Positions 9,900 to 22,735 of a DNA stretch of 64,000 nucleotides are shown one piece after another. Within the stretch, counting starts at the first letter, position 1; each line of letters begins with the position of its first letter. The notes beneath the pieces are model-generated. The model was not told where the DNA came from, did no database searches, and saw nothing but the letters and a program-made list of their open reading frames with translations. The position numbers were made by a program, and so were the translations under genes. Where the stretch lies: the NCBI RefSeq assembly GCF_016432865.1, contig NC_067399.1, forward strand, positions 633,702,001 to 633,766,000. Direction: 5' to 3'. Source of the stretch: Antechinus flavipes (Eukaryota).

Positions 9900-10804
9900 A
9901 ATCGAATGTAGCCACAATGACTGTATGACTATTGGGGAAAGGATGGGAAGGAAGGGAGAATGTGATTAGAGATAGAAAATGGATGATTTAGGGAGCAGAT
10001 AATAGCAAGGATTATTACAGATAAGCAGGAGATCTTATCCAAAAAACTTACCTTCCTAAAAATTAAAATGAGCTAAGCAAAATGATTCCATGAGGCAATA
10101 CGAAAATATTAACACAAAAACAAACCCCCCAAAAAAGAGTTAAGAACAAAGAAGAAAATATAATGTTTATGTTATCTAAAATAACAGACTTATTAATGTA
10201 TCAAGGACAGATAAATAAGATTTATTGAACTAGCTCAAAAATATGACCAAAAAAGCAAATGAATAAAAACTTGGATAATATCATTCAAGAAACCATAAAT
10301 GAATATTGTACCAAAGCCTTTAAAACAAAAGAACAAAGTGAAAACCAGAAGTCTACCAGTTCCATGCTGAAAGAAAGCTCAAAAGAAAAACTCCCAAGAA
10401 AGTCATAGTTTAAGGAAAAATACTGCAAATAGTTAAAAAATAAAGAGTTCAAGTACTGAAAAATCACAATCAGGATCATAGAGAGACTTGGTAGTTTCCA
10501 CTTAAAAGAGAGGATAGATTGGAATATGGCATTCCTAAAGGTTTACAACCAAAATAACCCTAATGTCTCTAAGGGCCAGAGAGAAAGATAATTAATTTTG
10601 TTCTTTTTGGTGGTCTTAGGAGATAAAATGGAAATGAAAGAGATAAAGTTATACTGGGGAGGGAAAGAGTAGGAAGGAAAGAAAACACTTTCTCTCATAT
10701 TATATAAAGAATATACAAATATGGAGAAAGGGAAGGGAATGAGCATTGCAGAAAACTCACTTCAATATTTACCAAAAGAAGGCTGAACAAACATAAGCAC
10801 TCAT

Positions 10805-10847
<43 letters not shown>

Positions 10848-10960
10848 GTATTTTAGAAGTATAGCAAACTCAACTATGAAATATGTGAGGATGGGGGAGG
10901 GGAGGAGGGAAAGTTAAAGATAGAACAGATAAGGAAATAAATCAAAAAGGAAAAAAAACT
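9900..10960 (+). mobile_element. L1/HAL1-type ORF1 fossil
   Basis: 10445-10535 reads EFKY*KITIRIIERLGSFHLKERIDWNMAF, resembling the L1 ORF1 C-terminal region; A-rich. Confidence 0.65.
10808..10845. repeat. (CA)19 microsatellite
   Basis: Seen directly. Confidence 0.95.
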
Positions 10961-11799
10961 TGAACAATANNNNNNNNNNNNNNNNNNNNNNNNNNNNNNN
11001 NNNNNNNNNNNNNNNNNNNNNNNNNNNNNNNNNNNNNNNNNNNNNNNNNNNNNNNNNNNNNNNNNNNNNNNNNNNNNNNNNNNNNNNNNNNNNNNNNNNN
11101 NNNNNNNNNNNNNNNNNNNNNNNNNNNNNNNNNNNNNNNNNNNNNNNNNNNNNNNNNNNNNNNNNNNNNNNNNNNNNNNNNNNNNNNNNNNNNNNNNNNN
11201 NNNNNNNNNNNNNNNNNNNNNNNNNNNNNNNNNNNNNNNNNNNNNNNNNNNNNNNNNNNNNNNNNNNNNNNNNNNNNNNNNNNNNNNNNNNNNGGCACAT
11301 AATCACATCTAAGTTATGTTATAGTGACTTACCCAAATCCATACTATCATCCCAGTAAAATGTTAGCTCCTTGCAAACAGGAAGAATAGTATATTTATGT
11401 TTTTGACCCCCAGTACCCAGACCCAGGACATCTGCAGAGGATGCACTAAAATATTTATTGAATTGGATAAAATGGCATTCAGATTTGTCATGAATCTCTA
11501 AGAACAGCATCAAAAAGCTGAAATGCAGAAGGATCTGAACACTGGAAGACAATGTGAAAGTTAACTAGAGGAGCTTCCTTAGACATGTTCAGAGCAATGA
11601 CAACCATCACCAACACAAGGAATTAATAGTCTCCTTGTTGGTAAAGAAAGAACCTTAAGAGAAGGCTAAGAACTGAGGAACTTGATTCCTGTTGTACTTT
11701 TGCTTTCTCTATTAATAATGAAGTTCTAATTAGAAAGAATGGAGAAAACACAGGAAGGCGAAAGGGGCATGTGACGATAATGGTGCAAAGTTGGTGTAT

Positions 11800-12360
11800 A
11801 TCAAGTACTTAAACAAAACTGCACAGATTAGATCATGGAAATATCTTGAATAATCTTTGAGAAATCAGAGAGAATAGAAGGACTAAAGGAGAGATCACCA
11901 TTTCATGTTATACCAGTTCATTTTTTTTGTGTTTTCAGGTAATTTTCCCACAACATAAAAATTGGTAAAATTGGTACTTAGGCAGCTAGGTAATACAGGG
12001 ATAGATTGCCAGGCCTGGAATCAGGAAGCCTTATCTTCCTGAGTTTAAATCCAGCTTCAGACATATATCGGCTCTGTGACAATGGACAAGTCCCTTAACC
12101 CTATTTGACTATCTGTAAAATAAGATGAAGAAGGAAATGACAAACCACTCCAATATCTTTGCCAAGAAAGCCCCAAATGGGGTCATGAAGAATTGGACAT
12201 GACTGAAATGACTGAACAACAACAAAAAGGGTTGGCGTGAGTCCCTAGAAAAATTCCAGAAAGGAACAAACAGATGGTTTGTGAGTACTTAAATAAAGAA
12301 AGTAGTGATTCCTAGGAGCCAACATGAGTACACTAAGAACCAGTTATATCAAAGTAGCCA
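11800..12360 (+). mobile_element. L3/CR1 ORF2 mid-region fragment, split by a SINE
   Basis: gataatctttgagaaatcagagagaatag...and cagatggtttgtgagtactta...ggagccaacatgag (cf. MVCEHL...SQHGF). Confidence 0.6.
11981..12228 (+). mobile_element. MAR1/WALLSI1-type CORE SINE with RTE-like tail
   Basis: ggcagctagg head, CORE, then gaaggaaatgacaaaccactccaatatctttgccaagaaa...ggacatgactgaaatgactgaacaacaac. Confidence 0.8.
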
Positions 12361-12379
12361 CATTATGCATGTACAGGGG

Positions 12380-12620
12380 CACCTATTAGGGCAGCAGAGA
12401 GAGTATGGGGCCAGGAATCAGGAAGGCTGGAGTTCACAGCTGGACTCAGACATTTTCTAGCTACATGACCTTATTAATATGTTCATCTGTTTTAATTTTC
12501 TCTTATAAAATGAGGATAATAGCCCTTACTTCTCAGAATTGTTTCGAGAATCAAATGAGATAATAATTGTAAAGCACTTAGTACAATGCTTGCTACATGT
12601 AAATGTAAATAAGGTGCTAT
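12380..12620 (+). mobile_element. MIR
   Basis: Head, CORE and tail (gagataataattgtaaagcacttagtacaatgc). Confidence 0.75.
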
Positions 12621-13145
12621 GTAAATGTTTGCTAATATTTTTGATGTTAACGAATGTATAAAATGTTTGCTTACTTTTTAGATCATGTGAATTGCAAAGA
12701 GTGAGCATATCTTGATTTTAACTATTTCATTGAATTGATAAATATTTAAGCTCAGGTGTAGGGCTAGATATACATTTTAGATAAGACATAATCAGTGTCT
12801 TCAATGGAACTTATAATCTAGTACTTCTATCAGGGTATTATCTAACATATCTTTATAAATAACTATATTAGAAAATAATATTTGATAAGGATATAAGAGA
12901 TGTACAAAGTGCTAAAGCACAAAAAGGTTCAAGGATGACAAAATTAATTAGGCAACAAGGCATCTTAGGGCAACAAGGAAGTCATCTTGAGATAGATGGT
13001 GTGTAACTTTGGCTTTCAGGAATGATTAGAAATTCAACAATTTGAGCTATAGGAAACATCATGAGAAAAGTCAGAGAAATGAGAAACTTCAGGACATGTA
13101 TCCAGGATGAGAAATCTTTTGATTCCCCATACACATGAAAGCAGA

Positions 13146-13147
<2 letters not shown>

Positions 13148-13176
<29 letters not shown>
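13148..13176. repeat. (AC)14 microsatellite
   Basis: Seen directly. Confidence 0.95.
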
Positions 13177-13181
<5 letters not shown>

Positions 13182-13669
13182 GCAGGGAAGTAATATAAGG
13201 CATGAAGGCATGATAGGGAGGTTAGCAATAAACTGGAGAGGGAGTATTTTGAATGCTAGCAAGGAGAGTATGGGTAAACATCAATTCATTTTTAATACAG
13301 TAGTGGGATGTGCAGCTTGAAGATTAGGAGATCTGTTAATACTTGGAAGAGTTTAGGTATGTAAAAATGAGTATCTGCAATGAGAATAGAAAGAAGAAAA
13401 CAGACATATGATAGGAAGGCTAGGCAAGATAAAGGATCAAAAAAGCTCCAAAGTTTTCAACATGGAAAACTGGTGGAAACATTGCAAGAAATCATTAAGG
13501 TAGAAGGAAAATCTGGCATTATCTGGATCTGTTGAGCTTAAGGTTTAAGAGAACTTATCCAAGGAGAAATACTTATATTCAGTTAGAGATGTACATTGAA
13601 GTTCTGAGAGAGGTCAAGGTTAGAAATGAAGACTTGAGAATCAATTGCATAGAAATTATGATGATCATA

Positions 13670-13920
13670 ATTAATGATAATAATTATTATCATTTAAATA
13701 GTGCTTTGAAGATTTCAAGAAGATTTAAAATATCTCATTTGAGCTTCATAACAAGCAAGGTTGATGGATGCTATTATTATCTCCATTTTACAAATGAAAA
13801 AAACTAAGCAGAGATGAAGTAATTTGACCAGTGTTATCATATATATAAGAATCTGGGGGGGAATTTGAACTCAGGTCTTCCTTATTCCAGATCTAGTTCT
13901 CTGTCCACTCAACTGTAGCT
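13670..13920 (-). mobile_element. MIR
   Basis: ctccattttacaaatgaaaaaaactaagc...aatttgaactcaggtcttcc. Confidence 0.75.
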
Positions 13921-14344
13921 GAAATCAGGTGATTAAATAAGATTGTCAAGGAAGAAAAATTTAGTGAGAGAACAAAAAGGGACTGAATGGAAAATCTTAG
14001 GGAATACCCACCTATCTTCAAAGATTAGGAACAGGATGATAAACTAACAAAACTGGCAAAGAAGGAATAGTTAGGAAATGAAAATGAGAACTACCTTTGA
14101 GGAATGGTATTATTTAATTCTTGGAAGGGGAATCCCCAGTACCCAACACAGTGCCTGTTATACATTTTGAAGCATTTTGTAAAATCTTGTTGATAGATCT
14201 TGTAAGAGTCTCTATCACCCTATATTGTGTTACTACTATATTGAAAACTGTATGATGAAACAAAGTAAACTATCTACCATGGGGTACATAGTACCACAGT
14301 CCCACAGTGATCCAGAGCATCAACCCATTAATTAACTAATTAAT

Positions 14345-15310
14345 TAACCCCAGGGAAAGTCTGTGGTACTATCTCGACAAAGTCTTGTCCTTTTCAACAA
14401 TATGGTTGATGGTTTCTATGAAGTTGGAAAAAGCTTACTTTTTAAAAAATATGCAGGTAATGTAGAACTGAGAGGGACAATGATTGTATTAGGAGGAAAA
14501 TTCATAATACACATAGACCTTGAGATGCTGGTGCGATTGGCCGATATCTAAAGAATGGACAGGAGGCGGGTGCTAATGTAAGGTATTGCAAGTGGGTTCA
14601 ATAATTGAATTTTACAACAATGGAGATGGAGCTGATCTCACTTGCCAGTAATTTCCATATTTTTTAATACCCTGACTGAAATCCAATTGAGGGTAAGCCT
14701 CATCGAAGATTGTAGTGAGGAACCACTACCAAAAATCATTGATAGAATCTTGGAGATTCCATTCAGAACAATAATAGAAGTACAGCATTTAGATCAAAGG
14801 ATGAAAAAGCAATGTTACACTTCTTGCTGGTTAGAATACAACTGGATGCAGCCTTGTTTTTACTTTTATGCAGCATATTTTAAAGTGAAAAACAGATCTG
14901 TTTCCAGAGGAGGGCAAACCAGAATGATGAGGGGTCTAGAAACCATGCCATATGAGGAACAGTAGAAAGAGAGGGGGATGTTTAGTCTGGAAAGGAGAAG
15001 AGTACTAGGAAACATGATCTCGGTCTTGAAATATTTAAAGGTCTGTCATGGGGAAGAGGGAATTGATTTATTTTGTATTGCTTCATAGGATGGAAGTTTC
15101 CAGCTAACAGGTTTGGTATAAATCTAAAGAGAAACTTTCTAACAAATACAGATGTCCCAACAATGGAATGAGCTTTCTCCAAAAGTAGTGAGCTGCCCGT
15201 CACTGGGAAGACTGAAGCAATAGCCGGATGGCCTTTTTCCAGGAATGTTGCTGAAGGGATTTGTTTATGGGTTAAGATGACCTCGGAGGTCCCAGCACAA
15301 CTCAGAAATC
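14345..15310 (+). mobile_element. L3/CR1 RT C-terminus and 3' end
   Basis: KYAGNVELRG...HIDLEMLVRLADI (cf. KFADDTKLGG...QxDLDRLExWA); canonical gaggggtctagaaaccatgccatatgaggaacag. Confidence 0.85.
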
Positions 15311-15329
15311 CTAACATGGTGGGTGACTC

Positions 15330-15660
15330 CACGAGACATTTTGTGATGAGGTCGCCTTCAAAAAACCTCTCCAGGAAGACAAACCCAAGGGAAATTCAAG
15401 TAATTTACAGGAGGAGGAAATTCGCTGCTTTTACAAGGGCTCATGCATTATAGCCATTCTAATATTAGCAGCAATTAAAGGGCTGTTTTGTACTCGGGGG
15501 GATATCAAATTGAGCGTAGGCATGTCACTACTGCCCAAAGAGGCTGTTTCGAGCAGAGCAGAAATATCTAATACCTCTCCATGCTGAAAATGGCGAGGGC
15601 TGCTCCAGTTGCCAAATCCGATACACAAAACATTTAATTTATAACAGTTAGAACCTGGCC
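15330..15660. promoter_or_regulatory. Candidate conserved non-coding element
   Basis: Repeat-free, 8 CpGs in about 300 bp, TAAT/ATTA-rich core (ctaatattagcagcaattaaag); conservation not verifiable here. Confidence 0.4.
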
Positions 15661-15769
15661 CCTGACCAAACCCTAAGAACTATGTCTTATTTCACTTGCT
15701 CTTGAATATGTCTCTTTCAGAGATAAATGACTCTGCTCTTTGCCAGTTCTCTCCTCTGTTTGGTATTTT

Positions 15770-16450
15770 GTTTAGCCGGGTCCATGACGAGCCAAAGAGT
15801 TGATGCATCTGCTTGAATGTGTAATTTACCTCTTTGGTCAACTTTGCTNNNNNNNNNNNNNNNNNNNNNNNNNNNNNNNNNNNNNNNNNNNNNNNNNNNN
15901 NNNNNNNNNNNNNNNNNNNNNNNNNNNNNNNNNNNNNNNNNNNNNNNNNNNNNNNNNNNNNNNNNNNNNNNNNNNNNNNNNNNNNNNNNNNNNNNNNNNN
16001 NNNNNNNNNNNNNNNNNNNNNNNNNNNNNNNNNNCAGCCCCAGCGTCCATGTGAACGCTCCCTCTCCCGGNNNNNNNNNNNNNNNNNNNNNNNNNNNNNN
16101 NNNNNNNNNNNNNNNNNNNNNNNNNNNNNNNNNNNNNNNNNNNNNNNNNNNNNNNNNNNNNNNNNNNNNNNNNNNNNNNNNNNNNNNNNNNNNNNNNNNN
16201 NNNNNNNNNNNNNNNNNNNNNNNNNNNNNNNNNNNNNNNNNNNNNNNNNNNNNNNNNNNNNNNNNNCCTCAGACTTTAAGCCAAAACAGACCCAATCTCT
16301 GCAGCCAGAGTTCCCTCTGTTTATACGAATGGATTTGTAGTGGTAGGGAACTGGGTCCCCATCAATGTGGTAGGATTTTACACATTCCACCCGAGCCAGG
16401 GCTCTGTTTACAGTGCTCACAGCAGAATTTGTAAACTTTTTAACATGATT
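15770..16450. promoter_or_regulatory. GC-rich, partly unassembled block; possible promoter or exon
   Basis: 36-bp GC-rich island (16035-16070, 3 CpGs) between gaps 15849-16034 and 16071-16266; CCAAT near 16292; forkhead-type tgtttat/tgtttac. Confidence 0.35.
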
Positions 16451-17410
16451 TCTGTCCTTCTTTTTTACCCTTGCTTTAACCTCCAGTAGCAGGATAGATA
16501 AATATACTTCTTGAATGTTATCATGACAGAGTGAACCTCTGACAGATAGGAATGAATGGGCGACCTATTTCCCTTGTCCATACTCCTTCAACCTTTGCTT
16601 TGACAAATGTGGGAAACGGCTCCCTAGGACAGAAGATGAATACACACATCAAGATGATAGAAATGTCAGCTTTTGTTGTTGTTGTTGTTTGTCTATTTGT
16701 TTGCTAAATGTTCACATGATCCTGAAAGAAGGAAGAGAAAATAACCTTAAAAAGACAGCAACATTTCTGAGCTCAGACACAGGGCTCACACTGAGTATCC
16801 TATAAAAAGGACTTGGTATTTTCCACAATGGGCTTGGGTTCCTCATACATCCCCCTCCTCAATCCCTTCTTTCTTTTGTGGGCCAATGAGACTGGCCCTT
16901 TGGGAAAGATTAAATATTTCTGTGAGCTGCCATCAGATGTGAAAGAAATCTACAAAGACTCTTCAAAGGAGCTCGTCCTCCCCCAGGCACGAAACTAAAT
17001 ATGCACATTAGAGAAATTTGAAAAATGCCTACCCTTGCCATCCCCAATACCCCTCTGATTGATGAGAGAGAAAAGAGAGGANNNNNNNNNNNNNNNNNNN
17101 NNNNNNNNNNNNNNNNNNNNNNNNNNNNNNNNNNNNNNNNNNNNNNNNNNNNNNNNNNNNNNNNNNNNNNNNNNNNNNNNNNNNNNNNNNNNNNNNNNNN
17201 NNNNNNNNNNNNNNNNNNNNNNNGGAGGGAAAGGGAAGGAGAGGGAGAGAGAGATTGTTGTGATAATTCTACTTTGATGGGTCCCAGGCATAAATTCCAC
17301 AAAGTTGGTGCTCTACTTTGACAACTGTCCATGGTCTCTAGTCAGGAACAGGAAATGGGGCTCTATTTTTCACCCTCAGTGCTCTTTCAGTGTAGAGAAA
17401 AAGGCAGTGA

Positions 17411-17413
<3 letters not shown>

Positions 17414-17453
<40 letters not shown>
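17414..17453. repeat. A40 homopolymer
   Basis: Seen directly. Confidence 0.95.
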
Positions 17454-17457
<4 letters not shown>

Positions 17458-18149
17458 AATGCAAAGTCTTTTTAATGCTCATTCACCAGAAAGAATGTCC
17501 AACAGGGGAAAGTATCATTTCAGTTCTACCTACAAAGCCTTAAATATGAGCCCTCAAAAGGAGATATGAACACTACTCAGGACCAGGAAATTGCCATTTC
17601 CTTCCCTTTTGAATGTTCCAAGTTAACAAATTTGTGCTAATATTTTACTTCAAGGTTGACCTAGAAATTGCCTTTCATATTTCATGGGATCCCATGTTTA
17701 AAAATACAAAGATATCTTACATAGGCACAGACAGCAGTCAACTTGCCAGACACCAGTGATAACTGGAATGTTTCAGTTTGCTCTCTGATTTCAGAAAAAA
17801 AAAAGTCTAAATCAAATCAAAACAGGCTTATGACAAGGATTTACCAGCTATGTGGTCAGGAACGTTATTATTAATTCTATACAGGATATCCTGGTATAAG
17901 AACATATTTGTTTCAAACTTCTACACATCAGTTCAACAAACATTTATAAAATGACTACTATGGGGAAAACTAGAGTAGATCAATGATACCATCCAAGTGG
18001 ATATTGCTTCCTAATAATGAAGAACTCAAAAAGCTTTCATGTCTGAACTTCCTGTTATTCTTAAATATGTCTTCTTAGAAATTTTCCATAAGGAGAATGT
18101 CAAAAGTAGTGGGGGCCTTCGTCACTTTTTTCCTGACTTCATACGACAG

Positions 18150-18380
18150 AGAAGAAAATGAGTACTTGTTGAGCACCTATTATATATTAGGTACTGTGCT
18201 TAATGTATACTGTCTCAAATGATCCTTGCATTGACCCTGGAAGGTAGTATTAAAGTTATCTCCATTTTGACCATTGAAGAAACTGAGGGACATAATGCTT
18301 CAGGGTCACATAGTTAAGAAATATCAGAAGTGCAATCTGAACTCCTTATTCCAAGCCTGGGTAGTCTATCCATTATGCAT
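18150..18380 (-). mobile_element. MIR
   Basis: ttgagcacctat...gaagaaactgaggga...cagggtcacatag. Confidence 0.75.
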
Positions 18381-19599
18381 TTCTAGCAGGCTAGTCATTT
18401 GGGATCTCTTGCTCTTGGTCCATAACCAATCCATCTTTTCTTCTGGTCACACATTTTTCTGATGGTGTCATTTATACCTCTTCTTTTACATAATTCCTCA
18501 TTATTATATTAATATGCTGCAGCCTGTTCATGTCCACCACGGACAAACTCAACCATGGAGTTGTATGAAGATATTCATATGAGATGAATATTTCTTAAAA
18601 GAAAAAAGAAAAAGAAGAAAAAATTCCAGGAAATCCTCCGTCATGTTGAATAGAGCCCCAAATGGACACATACAACAGACCATGCTATGGGCTTAGATTG
18701 CAAAAAGGAAAAAGGCCTGTTAAGCACCAAGTTAATGAGTTTGCATTTCTTCAGTAATGGAGGAGGTCTATCTTAGATATCTACATTGCTATAAAATAAC
18801 AAAAGCATGTTCAGAATGCTACCCCTAAGGCACATAAGATATTCAATCATCAAAGAAATATTTAACTATGTTCTTCCTAGGTAGTGATGTGGACAAAAAC
18901 TTTAATTTTTTTTTTTTTCTTGAATAAAAGGTGGATCAAACGGAGATTTATCCATAAAAGTAAATCTACCAGAACCCCTATTTCCTAAAGTACTCCCATT
19001 AATCAAAGCTTAGTTGCATTTAGGAACTGCATGTTTTACTCCAAATTTTAACTGGGATAGCAGTTTGATTGTTTAATTAATCTCAGCCACATATTTACAA
19101 AGGGAACCTTTTAGAGGAAGATTTTCATTTCCTTGGTCAGCTGGCAATGCCAGACTCTACCAGCCGGTCAGGATGACATTTTCTTCCAAGCAGTCTGGTT
19201 GACATGAATATGAGAAGCAAATTCCTTTTTGGGCCTGCATTAAGGCCACCCAGAAACAGGCATCAGGAAAAGGAGGCCACTAATTTTAACGACACAGGAT
19301 TCAGCTTTTTAGTATTATTCCAGGCAGAAAATGCCTAATGAAATCAATCAAAAAGAATTCTATTTGATGGAAGAGAGCCCCATTTTCAAGGAGCTGTGTT
19401 TTTTTTTCCTTTTACATCTCAGCAGAAATTGTAAAAAATTAACCCCTTCCCCCCTAAACAAAAGAGGCCTGAGTATATGGAGATGGCCTATTTCTAATAT
19501 TAATATTATAATTAATTTATCATTGTTTCAAGACAAACACTTTGTCTTAGGCCACAGAAGTGTATCTACTCATTAAAAAAAAATGTTTTTGATGTTCAT

Positions 19600-20000
19600 T
19601 TTCATTTATTCATCCATTCAACTAAGTTAAGTGCTTTCTGGGTATAGGATACTGTGGTAGGCACTTGGAAAATACAAAGGTTGAAAGGCTATAATCCTTG
19701 TTCTCACACAGCTTACATCTATACCACTGACAAAATCATAAATGTGATATCTGATTATCATATGTGATCAATTAAACAAACAGAAAAAAAATGCAACTAA
19801 TCTCTGTTTGACATCTAAATAAGAAATTTAGGTAATGGATAGAGTAGAGATTTAAGATAAAATTCATGGAGGAAGTTGTATTTAAAGTGGCTTATAAAGA
19901 AGGAAAAAGAATATTTAATAGGCAAAAGATAGGGAGGACATTCCAGAACAACCTTAATTATGAATTCTTACTTTTAGGGAAATTGACATGAAATGTACCC
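19600..20000 (-). mobile_element. L2 3' fragment
   Basis: ttcatttattcatccattca...actgtggtaggcacttggaaaatacaaag. Confidence 0.65.
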
Positions 20001-20919
20001 TTAAAGAGGAACTCAATTGGATAAGGTTGTCCCTATGCATCCTCCAATACTATCTTTTTTTAAGTAATTATTATACATATTAGATACAATAATTACTTTG
20101 TATATGCAACATATATAGCATATGCATATTTGTTTATATGCATATATACTATGAAGAAAATATATATCATATATGTATATATTATGTAATATATCTAAAT
20201 ATATTAATATCTATGCTAATTAGTATCTATATTTTATGATTTGTATATATAAATATACTTGAGTATAACACTTAATAAGATATCTATACATATGTATGTA
20301 AAACAATTATATAAGTAACACACATGCATAATCTCAAGAAAATAAAAACACTGTCATTGCTCTCTAAAGTTATTATCTTAAGGCAAAGGACCACTAATTT
20401 TTCCATAGTCATATTTCTATATTCCAAGAAACAAGTGGGAGCAAAAGCATGCAGGAAGTAAAGTAGAGTGCATATCTGGAGGAGGAGGAAAAGAATTGTC
20501 CAGTTAGACTAGAGGGAGAAAATATGGCAAAATGTCCTAAAAGATAAGATTTGAAAAGAAAGAGTAATCCCAAGTTGTCAAGGGCTAGAATGCCAATCAG
20601 AGGAGTTTAAATTTGCACTTAGTAGGCCAACAGGGAGGGAGCCACTAAAAATCTGTGTGCTGAAAACTGAACATGAACAAATTGAAACAAAAAATTATTT
20701 TGGTAATTACTTGAAAGAGGAATATCACTGTTCCCATATTAACTTGGGCTGTCACCATTGTCTAATAATAGTCCTTTCCTCTCCTCTCTTTCAAGTTGTT
20801 ACCAAAATCATGGTAATTATTAGTACTAATGATATTTTTTTAAAAAATGACCAAAACAGAAGAGCTGTTATTAGGCAACAGTGAGAGCCCAAGTTAAAAA
20901 GGGGACAGCAGTACTCCTT

Positions 20920-21300
20920 TAACAACTAACATTTATATAATGCTTCAAGTTTGCAAAGAGCTTTAAATATATGATCTCATCTGATCTTTACAATAATCCT
21001 GTGAGGCAGCTGCTATTATTATTCCCCATTTTACTGATAAGGAAACTGAGATAGAGAGAGATTTAGTAATTTGCTCAAGGCCATATAGATAGTAAACAGA
21101 AGAAGCAGGATTTCAGGGTCAGCCCTCATTTCAAAGAGTGCCCACTTTGAAGTCAGGAGGATCTGAATTCAAATATAACCTGACACACTTAAAACTAGGT
21201 CTGGGCAAATCATTGAATCCCAATTGACTCACAAGAAAAAGGGGGGAAAAAGAATTTGAACTAAGGTCTCTCTAACTTCAGCTTTCTTTCTATTATATTA
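20920..21300 (-). mobile_element. MIR carrying a plus-strand WSINE1-like insert (about 21113-21250)
   Basis: MIR CORE broken at gcaggattt|gaac; insert has tttgaagtcaggaggatctgaattcaaat...ctgggcaaatc and an A/G-rich tail. Confidence 0.65.
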
Positions 21301-22339
21301 CCCTGACACAGGTTAAATGGGCTAGAGAAAAGATATGTTTGGGTAGAAGAATTTTAAAAGGACCTAGAGTATGATGAAAAATGGAAGTAAGAGAGCAAAG
21401 TTAAATAAATCTCCAGTCCTATAGATATGACTTATGAGTATACCCATTTTATAGAGGAGTAAACTACTACTTAGGAACTTAGGCTGATCGGAACTAGAGT
21501 CAGCTAAATGAGTCACTGAGAAAAAAAATCAGAAAAGAAAGCAACCTCATCATAAAGATAGAGAGTAATTTATGAGTATTTCTTTTTCTGTAAAGTTTTA
21601 AAAACTGCCTCCCCAGATTCTTAGGGGAAAGAATCTGACCAACAATATCCCTCCCACCACCAATAAAAAGATGCCCTTCTTTATAAACGCTCATAAATTT
21701 CAAGGAAGAAAAAGGAATCTGACTTTCTGTTGGGAGGTCTAAGAAACACAATTCTTCTGACTCCCTGAAGTGTTGGTGCCAGACAGCATTTTCCCATCAA
21801 CTCGAGATAATATAAGCATGTTCTTTCTTTTTTTTTTTTTTTCTCTTTTCCTTTTTTTTTTTTCCATGAAGTGATTGTGAGGTATGTGGTATGTATGAGA
21901 TAGAATATTACAGCTGGTGTCTTATTCCCTCTGCAAATGCTCCTCCTCCAAAATCACCCACTCTACTCATCTCCTGGGAGAAGGAGGAAGCTCTCTGATA
22001 GGGCTCTTCAAGGGAGACTCATCTGTCAGGGTGGGTAAAATTGATGGGCAACTTTCCTAATCCCACTGAAGGTTCCCCGGAAAACCTCTGGCCCTCCAAG
22101 TCAGCCACACTGAGCATCTACTTAATAACATCTTGAACAGCTGCCTTGACACCCAAGGAATACATCAGTTTCCTAGAGAACCTGTTGTAAGGCTGGAGGG
22201 GAAGGATTCAGTCACCTGTAACCAGACAGGAAGAGAAAGCATTTGGGGAATAAAACAATCCCTTCTGTCCTAAGCAGGAAATTATTCTGCAGTGGGTAGA
22301 AGACTCTTAGAGTACTCAGGATCTGGTTCTTGCCCATTT

Positions 22340-22735
22340 TTCAAGATTTGTCTCACATTATCTAGCTCATATATTCTATTCGAATCAAGTAACCTACCTG
22401 TTGTTCTACATACATGAAGTTCCACTTGCCATCACTGTGGGTTTGCTTCATATACCGTCCCTCACACAAACTGCTTTGTAATCTTTAGCTCCATGGAAGG
22501 AAGTGTTCAATTGTTATCTCTTAGTCTCAACCTGTATTTATCTCCAACTCTGCAAAGATTTCTTGTATTTTTCTTATATTTTTTCTATTATATTCTTTTT
22601 AAAAAATTAAATTTACATAGATATTGCTAACTCATAGAAGAATGTAAGCTCCTTGAAACACTGATTTCATTTTTGTCTTTACATTTTTAGTGAATTATAA
22701 ACAGTAAGTACCTAATAAACACATATTAGATTTAA
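22340..22735 (+). mobile_element. L2 3' end
   Basis: gaatgtaagctccttga...cagtaagtacctaataaac. Confidence 0.65.

Noticed and set aside
10052-10055. Minus-strand ttttag|GAAG|gtaagt 4-nt exon
   Set aside because: Lies in antisense L1/HAL1 sequence; implausibly short without support
14363-15332. ORFs of 62-116 aa
   Set aside because: Decayed CR1 ORF2 with frameshifts and stops; not a host gene
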